Positions 57,272 to 64,000 of a stretch of DNA of 64,000 nt are shown here, piece by piece. Each line of letters starts with the position of its first letter. The stretch's first letter is position 1. Source of the stretch: Candidatus Falkowbacteria bacterium RIFOXYD12_FULL_34_57 (GTDB lineage: Bacteria > Patescibacteriota > Patescibacteriia > Patescibacteriales > UBA12075); assembly GCA_001780285.1 (NCBI GenBank), contig MFGN01000034.1, forward strand, positions 10,462 to 74,461, read 5' to 3'. A model generated the notes under the pieces. It had not been told where the DNA came from. It made no database searches and saw nothing but the letters and a program-made list of their open reading frames with translations. A program made the position numbers and the translations under genes.

Positions 57272-58474
57272 CTATTTGAGGTATTTCCTGTTCTTTAGCT
57301 CCTCCGGCAAATAATCTTGTTTTTCAGTATATCCATAATCCGGACTATATTTATATCCTCCTCCATATCCCAAATCACGCATTAAGTTGGTCGGAGCATT
57401 TCTGATATGCATTGGTACTGGCAAATTGCCGTATTTCTCAATATCAACCTTAATTTTATTATAAGCTGCATACAGTTCATTTGATTTTTTACATTTTGCC
57501 ATATAAACAACGGCTTGCGCTAAAATCACATTGCATTCCGGCATACCCAGAAAATGGCAAGCCTGATGCGCTGCTACCGCTTGTTCTAATGCGCGAGAAT
57601 TGGCAAGTCCAATATCTTCTGATGCAAATCTCACCAAGCGTCTGGCAATATAAAGAGGCTCTTCTCCACCCTCAAGCATGCGCGCCAGCCAATAGAGTGC
57701 TGCACTTGGGTCGGATCCGCGCATCGATTTGTGCAGGGCAGAGATAATATTATAATGCTCGTCCCCGTTTTTATCGTACATTAAATGTGATTTTTGAAAC
57801 GCTTCTTTAATTAATTCTGTGTTAATGTCAGTATTTACCTCGCTTGCATATTCTAGCGCGCTTAATGCGCTTCGCGCATCACCGTTGCTCATTTGGGCCA
57901 AAACAGAAATAGTTTCTTGAGATATTTTTAAATTCAAGTTTCCTAGTCCATTCTCTTTGTCTAAAAGGGCACGATTGATAATTTTAATAATACTGTCCTT
58001 ACTTAAACACTTCAACACAAAAACCCTACATCTTGAAAGAAGAGCGCTGCGCACCTCAAAACTGGGGTTCTCTGTGGTTGCACCAATTAATGTTACTATG
58101 CCCCTCTCAACATAGGGCAATAGCCCGTCTTGCTGTTTTTTATTCCATCTATGAATCTCATCAATAAAAAGAATTGTTTTTTTATTTATTTTAATGTTTT
58201 CCTTGGCCTTCAAAATAATATCGCGCAAATCCTTTAATCCGCTAGAGACGGCGCTAATTTCCTCGAATTGAGACTTGGTTTGCTCAGCAATAATACTGGC
58301 AAGTGTGGTTTTACCACTGCCCGGGGGTCCCCAAAAAATCATAGACGGCAATTTATCAACTTGAATTGCGTTTCTGAGCAACTTTCCTTTTCCAATAATT
58401 TCTTCTTGGCCATAAAAATCGTCTATTTTTTTGGGTCTAATGCGGGAAGCAAGCGGTAAATTAGCATTAATCAT
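57272..58474 (-). CDS. rarA: Replication-associated recombination protein A (MgsA/RarA)
   Basis: Motifs FWGPPGSGKTTLA, ILFIDEIHRWNK and the MgsA C-terminal domain (ALHKSMRGSDPSAALYWLARM); 400 aa. Confidence 0.9.
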   Translation of the reverse strand: MINANLPLASRIRPKKIDDFYGQEEIIGKGKLLRNAIQVDKLPSMIFWGPPGSGKTTLASIIAEQTKSQFEEISAVSSGLKDLRDIILKAKENIKINKKTILFIDEIHRWNKKQQDGLLPYVERGIVTLIGATTENPSFEVRSALLSRCRVFVLKCLSKDSIIKIINRALLDKENGLGNLNLKISQETISVLAQMSNGDARSALSALEYASEVNTDINTELIKEAFQKSHLMYDKNGDEHYNIISALHKSMRGSDPSAALYWLARMLEGGEEPLYIARRLVRFASEDIGLANSRALEQAVAAHQACHFLGMPECNVILAQAVVYMAKCKKSNELYAAYNKIKVDIEKYGNLPVPMHIRNAPTNLMRDLGYGGGYKYSPDYGYTEKQDYLPEELKNRKYLK

Positions 58475-58605
58475 ATTTGTATTTTAGTGTATTAACAATA
58501 TAACTATATTATAAACGAACAAAAACCGAAAGTCAATCATGAAAAAAAATCGTTAATTAAATTAAGATTAACGACTTTTGTGATTGTATTAAATATTTAT
58601 ATAAC

Positions 58606-60936
58606 TCAATCCTCTTTATAATTGAATATTGGACCAATTGCCATAATTTTCTTTTCTCCTTGTTTGTATATCAATGAGACAAACTGAACACCGTTTATGC
58701 TTTCTGTTATTTTCTTTCTTTCGGATTCAATAGTGAAACTTTTATCAGACCTCTCTTTTACAAAATACAATTTAGCAAAATCCACAATAAAATCCTTGTC
58801 ATTTGTATCAAGTTCTTGATTGGATAATTCTTTTATTATAATTCCTTTTATTTTTTTTAAAGTATCATTAAGTTCTTTTAGCTGGACAGAAATAATATTT
58901 GTCTTTTTAGTAATTTGCAAGGCAAAAAACATTTTTAAAAGCATTTCATTTTTGGCAATTAACTCATCAACTAGTTCCAAGTTGGGTTCAATAAAATTAT
59001 AAGAGTTGTCTACCGCATTAACACCAAAACTAGAAGCTGTTTTTTCTTCAAAATAATTAACAAGTTTATCTTGTTGAAGATGCAGGCTAACCCAAGAACC
59101 CAAAATGGTATTCATGTCTTTTTTGTTTTTCCATGACTGATTATTTATGAAAACCGGCTGTCCCAATCTATCATAAGATAAGATGGATTTTGCAATATCA
59201 AGCGTTGACCAATAAATATTATTATTCCATGTATACACATCAAAATCATTTGTTAAATTTCTTAATTTTTTTAATTCTTGATCATAGTTTTCATAGTTGG
59301 TGTTTAACAAGTAGTATTTATCTACGAGCCCAGAAACATCCGGATGAATCAGATTTATAACATCCATGCCAAAACCAACACAACGAAAAGTTGTTTGATA
59401 ATATTTTTTACTTGCGCAAGAAGTTATAAGTTTTTCATCTTTGATGAGAGAATTTACTATCTTTATTTCATCTCCGGTTAAAGATTTAAAAATATAGTCA
59501 TTTGGCCAATATGAATCTTGAAACATTTTCATGCCCAATTTTGGCCTTTCGTTTTTATTATTCCTGTCAAATCCTCCTTCTAATTTTGAGAAATAGAATT
59601 CAAAAATATTTTTTTGCAGCTTAGCCAAGTCTTCTTCTCTGTTTTTATTATTTGGTGAAAAAATTTCTTCAATGGAATAATCTTCGCCAAAAACACTTAT
59701 CAGAGATTCGTGATAATGTAGATAGGTTAAATCTTTACGGAGACCGGAAAAAAATGAAACAAATTTATAGATATTGGCCCATTTGCTTTTTATATCATTA
59801 TTATCAGAAACATCACTGGCGATAAAACTGGCCGCCACCATGTTTATTATCCAATCATCATGATCAATCAAACAATTCTCGCAATCATTATTTCGATAAT
59901 ATAACGGAAAAACAGAATTAAGCCATTTTAAGGTTAAATAAAAATTATTTAATTTAGCATTTTCCCTGTAGTCATTTGGCACCTTAAATTGGTCATAATT
60001 TCTAAAATATAAAAAAATTGGTGATTTATGCTCACCGTCAGATTTATAAATTAAATCAACTTCTTTATAAACATCGTTTTGCAAATAATCAGGCATTAAA
60101 AAACTAAAATTCTCCGCATCCTGCATACTAAACTTATTTTCATCAACCAAATTCGGCTTATCGTTTATTTGTGCACTCTTTGGCTTGAGCAAATTAAGCG
60201 CCACAGCATAATATGCCATCTCCATTCGAATTCCTTCTAGGATCGGATCGTTGGCGATACCAACATCGTTTTGTCTTTTTTTGTATCTAGTTAGGGCTAT
60301 ATCAAATAATTTCTTATTTATTTCCCACAAATTGTCATAAAAAACATTTTTCTCAATTTCCTTGAACACTTGATTCAAATTATTTTGATTATAGTAAATC
60401 AGAAAATCAGTTGTAAGCACAAGCGGTATTTCATTTTTTAATAATTCCTTGTATGCGCCATAAAAATCACTTGTACCAAACAACGGTTCTTTTATTATGG
60501 CAAAGCCATCCTTATTAAAATCCTCAATATATGGATCTAGATTTATTTTTCTGGAAACATCATGATAATTGGCTACATCCACTTTAACATTAATCGGTAA
60601 GCTATATGTACTTTTGTTGGGTTGGAAGTCGTTTTTTATCTTTTGATAAAAATGTCCAAATGTTAAATATTCTGCTTCTATATCCGTAGTGGTTCCAAAT
60701 TCTGAAAAATCACCATTATTATTTCCATTACCCTCTGGCAGTCTTCCTGTTTCTGTTGTACTGGCGGTATTTACTGGTGTTTTTAGGGGCGCCACTGGTT
60801 TGTTGAAAAATTTAATAATAAAAAAAGCGCCAACTATACAGATAGCTAATAGAATTAAAATTGATGAGGTGATAAATTTGTTTGGCTCCTGTTTGTCTAT
60901 CCCAGGCTCCTTTTTCCATTCTTGATCTATAAACAT
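58606..60936 (-). CDS. Large N-terminally anchored exported protein, hypothetical
   Basis: 776 aa with one TM helice (ILILLAICIVGAFFIIKF) and an N/K/Y-rich extracytoplasmic body. I cannot confirm a family (possibly DUF3160-like). Confidence 0.7.
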   Translation of the reverse strand: MFIDQEWKKEPGIDKQEPNKFITSSILILLAICIVGAFFIIKFFNKPVAPLKTPVNTASTTETGRLPEGNGNNNGDFSEFGTTTDIEAEYLTFGHFYQKIKNDFQPNKSTYSLPINVKVDVANYHDVSRKINLDPYIEDFNKDGFAIIKEPLFGTSDFYGAYKELLKNEIPLVLTTDFLIYYNQNNLNQVFKEIEKNVFYDNLWEINKKLFDIALTRYKKRQNDVGIANDPILEGIRMEMAYYAVALNLLKPKSAQINDKPNLVDENKFSMQDAENFSFLMPDYLQNDVYKEVDLIYKSDGEHKSPIFLYFRNYDQFKVPNDYRENAKLNNFYLTLKWLNSVFPLYYRNNDCENCLIDHDDWIINMVAASFIASDVSDNNDIKSKWANIYKFVSFFSGLRKDLTYLHYHESLISVFGEDYSIEEIFSPNNKNREEDLAKLQKNIFEFYFSKLEGGFDRNNKNERPKLGMKMFQDSYWPNDYIFKSLTGDEIKIVNSLIKDEKLITSCASKKYYQTTFRCVGFGMDVINLIHPDVSGLVDKYYLLNTNYENYDQELKKLRNLTNDFDVYTWNNNIYWSTLDIAKSILSYDRLGQPVFINNQSWKNKKDMNTILGSWVSLHLQQDKLVNYFEEKTASSFGVNAVDNSYNFIEPNLELVDELIAKNEMLLKMFFALQITKKTNIISVQLKELNDTLKKIKGIIIKELSNQELDTNDKDFIVDFAKLYFVKERSDKSFTIESERKKITESINGVQFVSLIYKQGEKKIMAIGPIFNYKED

Positions 60937-60944
60937 GGAAATTA

Positions 60945-61089
60945 GTTAAGGTTTATAAAATAAAAGTTAAAAGTCTGAAATCGCTTACGCGATAATATGA
61001 TAAAAATTTATAAACCTAAAAGTTAATTAAAATATTGTCGCAAAGCAACCCAATTACTTTTAACTTTATAAACTTTACGAATTTTCAAC
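60945..61089. repeat. Palindromic intergenic element, family 1 core
   Basis: The arms are GTTAAGGTTTATAAAATAAAAGTTAAAAGTC and ACTTTTAACTTTATAAACTTTACGAATTTTCAAC. The core is CTGAAATCGCTTACGCGATAAT (60975-60995). Confidence 0.7.
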
Positions 61090-61175
61090 TCATCTTTATT
61101 ATAACATTTTTTCAGATAAAAAACAAAAAATCGTTAATTTTTTAAATAACGATTTTTTATACTTAATACAACAAA

Positions 61176-62192
61176 CTATTTTAAATATTTGGCCTTGTTT
61201 CTTAAATGTTCATCGTATGTTTTACTAAAAATCGTCTCCCCTGTCGACGCACTTAGAAAATAATTATAATCTGTTTTATCGGGATAAATTGCAGCCGTAA
61301 TAGCGTTGAAGCCGGGATTTGCTATTGGTCCAGGGGGAAGTCCTGGGTTTTTATAAGTGTTATATGGTGAATCTATGTTAGTATCTTCTATGGTGTATTG
61401 CGGTTTATTTACCCCCAGAATATAAGCAAGGCTTGCACAAGACTCTAACGCCCTACCAGAATTAATTCGATTCCAAAAAACACCGGAAACCAACTTCATA
61501 TCCCCAAAACTACGCACCTCTTTTTCAATAATTGATGCCATGGTTATTATTTCGTAAATTGTTTTTCCTTGTTTTTTGATATCATCACGCATTTTGGGTG
61601 TTAATTTTTGATCTAAATTTTTAAGCATTTTTTGCACAATATCATTTGGGGTAGCGTCCTCATAAATTTTATAAGTATCAGGGAATAAATATCCCTCTAA
61701 CCCTGAATTTTTTGGCCTATCTGCTAAAAATTCATAATTTTTCCTATAATCTGGATTGTCTTTATTCACAACCTCCAAAAAATTACCACCCTGCAATACT
61801 CCTTCTTTTTCAAAATAGGAAACAATATCTTTTATATTCCACCCCTCTATAATTTTAATTGTTTTCTCTTTGCTTACTGCCCTGCCCCATGACAATATTT
61901 CAACTATATCCCTTGGATTCATGGTTTGATTTAAAACATACTCTCCTGCTTGTAATTTTGCTTCTAAATTATTGTTCCACAAATAAAACTTAAAATAAAA
62001 TTTAGACTTTATTAAATCTTTTTGATATAAGTTTTCAGCTATCTTATTGGCCCCCTCGCCCGTCTTCACCACAAAGACGATACCATCTTTGTTGTTGCCA
62101 GATATTGGACCACTAACTGCATTTAAATAAACTCCGAAAAACAATGCCGCGGGAAAAATTAATATTAATAATATTTTTAAAAATTTTTTCAT
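61176..62192 (-). CDS. mltG: Endolytic murein transglycosylase MltG (YceG-like)
   Basis: N-terminal anchor, ASIIEKEV...VFWNRI...SPYNTYKNPGLPPGPIANPG; 338 aa. Confidence 0.85.
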   Translation of the reverse strand: MKKFLKILLILIFPAALFFGVYLNAVSGPISGNNKDGIVFVVKTGEGANKIAENLYQKDLIKSKFYFKFYLWNNNLEAKLQAGEYVLNQTMNPRDIVEILSWGRAVSKEKTIKIIEGWNIKDIVSYFEKEGVLQGGNFLEVVNKDNPDYRKNYEFLADRPKNSGLEGYLFPDTYKIYEDATPNDIVQKMLKNLDQKLTPKMRDDIKKQGKTIYEIITMASIIEKEVRSFGDMKLVSGVFWNRINSGRALESCASLAYILGVNKPQYTIEDTNIDSPYNTYKNPGLPPGPIANPGFNAITAAIYPDKTDYNYFLSASTGETIFSKTYDEHLRNKAKYLK

Positions 62193-62271
62193 AATTTAGT
62201 TAAAAAATGCAATATCTATAAAGTTTAAAATAATAAAAAAGTACCTTAAAATGTTTAACTGGCTCACGGGA

Positions 62272-63348
62272 CTATAAATATTTATCCAACTTTTTAATTT
62301 TTAATTTATCTACAATTTTTTTTACATCTTGAGCTTTTTCCTTTGGACAAAGAAGTAGGGAATCCTCTGTCTCAATTACCACCATACCCCGAACCCCCAC
62401 CATGGTAATAAGCTTATCAGAATAATTATAAACTAAATTATCACTTCCTTCAATATTAAGCACCATCCCTTTGGTAATACTTCCTCTTTTACTCTTAGAC
62501 AAAATATCTTTAACTGTGCGCCAGTTACCAACATCAGCCCAACCGAAATCAGCAGGAATAACCAATAAATCTTTAGTTTTTTCTATAATTCCATAATCCA
62601 TGGAGATTGGCTCAATTTTTTTAAATTCTTTGGCAATATTTTTTTCTCCGCCTTCTTTTTCAATGTTTTTTTCAATATTTTTCAATATTTTATACATTTT
62701 TGGCAAATATTTTTTGTATAAATCCAGAAGTGTGTCGACTCGCCAAGCAAAACAACCAATATTCCATAAATACTCCCATTTTTGCAAATATTCTTGGGCA
62801 ATTTTTAAGCTAGGCTTCTCCTTGAAACAATCCACTTCAAAAACTTTAAATTTTCCAATCTCATCCTTTTGCTCCCCCATTTTAATATACCCATAACCGG
62901 TTTCTGGATATGTGGGATTTATACCAATTAAAACTCCCATTGTTGGTTTTTTGTTTATAGCCTTTTCCACTAATTTAATTGTTCTAATATAATCTTTTTC
63001 ATTCTTTATATAATGATCAGAATTAATGCTTATCATTATTTCTTTAGAATTTTTTTTATGAAGTGTTGCTGCGGCAAATCCAATGGCAGCAGCTGTGTCT
63101 TTTTTATCCGGTTCAATAATATAATTTTTAGACAAAAAACGAGGAAGTTGCTTAGATATTATATCAATCTGAGATCTATTGGTTGCAATATAAATATCAC
63201 TTTTCCGAAATCCACTAATTAGACGGTCATAAGTACTGACAAGTAGTGTTTTATCAGCAATGATGGGTTTAGTTTGTTTAGGTGTATTTTTTCGCGATAC
63301 AGGCCACAATCTGGTACCCGAACCGCCGGCAAGTATAACTAATTTCAT
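62272..63348 (-). CDS. Mannose-1-phosphate guanylyltransferase-like nucleotidyltransferase
   Basis: MKLVILAGGSGTRLWPVSRKNTPKQ; 358 aa. Confidence 0.8.
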   Translation of the reverse strand: MKLVILAGGSGTRLWPVSRKNTPKQTKPIIADKTLLVSTYDRLISGFRKSDIYIATNRSQIDIISKQLPRFLSKNYIIEPDKKDTAAAIGFAAATLHKKNSKEIMISINSDHYIKNEKDYIRTIKLVEKAINKKPTMGVLIGINPTYPETGYGYIKMGEQKDEIGKFKVFEVDCFKEKPSLKIAQEYLQKWEYLWNIGCFAWRVDTLLDLYKKYLPKMYKILKNIEKNIEKEGGEKNIAKEFKKIEPISMDYGIIEKTKDLLVIPADFGWADVGNWRTVKDILSKSKRGSITKGMVLNIEGSDNLVYNYSDKLITMVGVRGMVVIETEDSLLLCPKEKAQDVKKIVDKLKIKKLDKYL

Positions 63349-63509
63349 TGTAATTCACTTCGCGAACCCGTGCTGCTCCGCCAGCTGGCGGATACAGGAT
63401 ATGCGAATATTAATATTAAAATTATGATAATAAAAATAATTGTGGATAAGTCTAGGGTTGATTTTTTTTGTTATTTATGATATAATAAAAATGAAAACAA
63501 AAATAAAAA

Positions 63510-64000
63510 ATGAAAACAAAAATAAAGTTCTTCCAATTAAATACAAATTTTTTTTCATACTCTTTGTTGGCTGTGCTGATGGGGGTTTTTTTATTCCCTA
63601 ATATTGGCTACTTTTCAACAATTACGGAAGAAAATATTATAAACCTCACTAACCACGAAAGAATCCAAAACAACCTGCAAGCACTAAATACTAATCAATT
63701 ATTAACCAAGGCAGCCTATCAAAAAGGTCAAGATATACTAACTTCTCAAACTTTTGCCCATACTATTGGCGATAAAAAATTTTCAACATGGATTCAGGGT
63801 GCAGAATATGAATATTTATATTCAGGAGAAAATTTAGCAATTAATTTTATGACTAGCGAGGGGGCGATGCGCGCTTGGCTTAACTCTGAAACACACAAAA
63901 AAAATATATTAAATCCAAATTTTAAAGAGATTGGTGTAGCAATAATAGAAGGAAAATTTAACGGAGAAAACTCAATTATCATTGTACAAATATTCGGATC
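63510..64000 (+). CDS. CAP/SCP (YkwD-like) domain secreted protein, partial (runs off the right edge)
   Basis: Absent from the ORF track because it is open-ended. My translation reads MKTKIKFFQLNTNFFSYSLLAVLMGVFLFPNIGYF...NLTNHERIQNNLQAL...SGENLAINFMTSEGAMRAWLNSETHKKNILNPNFKEIGVA. Promoter TTGATT-17-TATAAT upstream. Confidence 0.75.
   Translation, partial: MKTKIKFFQLNTNFFSYSLLAVLMGVFLFPNIGYFSTITEENIINLTNHERIQNNLQALNTNQLLTKAAYQKGQDILTSQTFAHTIGDKKFSTWIQGAEYEYLYSGENLAINFMTSEGAMRAWLNSETHKKNILNPNFKEIGVAIIEGKFNGENSIIIVQIFG

Overview
The window is a 64-kb, AT-rich, densely coding chromosomal segment in which most genes are on the minus strand. Gene content and architecture look like a reduced-genome Patescibacteria/CPR-type bacterium. 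That placement is inference: I ran no database search, and all family names come from motifs I can read in the translations.

The backbone is a fragmented division/cell-wall (dcw) cluster: mraZ-rsmH-ftsL-ftsI-[four-helix-bundle gene]-murF ... mraY-ftsW-murG-[amidohydrolase]-murC-[2 inserted genes]-murB. Housekeeping genes present:
- alaS (partial, at the left edge), cysS, rplJ-rplL with an L10-type leader, and rplU
- dnaB, ybaB, recR, rarA, mltG and a tsaB-like gene
- tRNA-Thr(CGU), tRNA-Lys(UUU) and an RNase P RNA gene

There is also a glycosylation cluster (GT-C, two GT4 genes, a polyprenyl-phosphate sugar transferase, and a separate processive GT2).

Accessory or unusual content:
- a GC-rich two-gene orphan island next to alaS, followed by about 365 nt of GC-rich untranslated sequence
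- a VirD4/TraD-like ATPase with a zinc ribbon and a long disordered tail, paired with a membrane protein
- a GC-rich, cysteine-rich secreted protein and an AAA ATPase inserted between murB and murC
- an SPFH (HflK/C-like) pair
- a minimal GGDEF cyclase and a CYTH protein
- a promoter-to-terminator unit of about 295 nt with no ORF

The most distinctive sequence-level signal is in the intergenic DNA. It is built from a small vocabulary of repeated words:
- two families of short GC-rich stem-loop cores sit inside long AT-rich palindromic arms
- 7-nt-period tandem words place stop codons in all three frames
- one pair of the arms brackets rnpB as a perfect 21-bp inverted repeat

I found no CRISPR array, rRNA gene, transposase or integrase.
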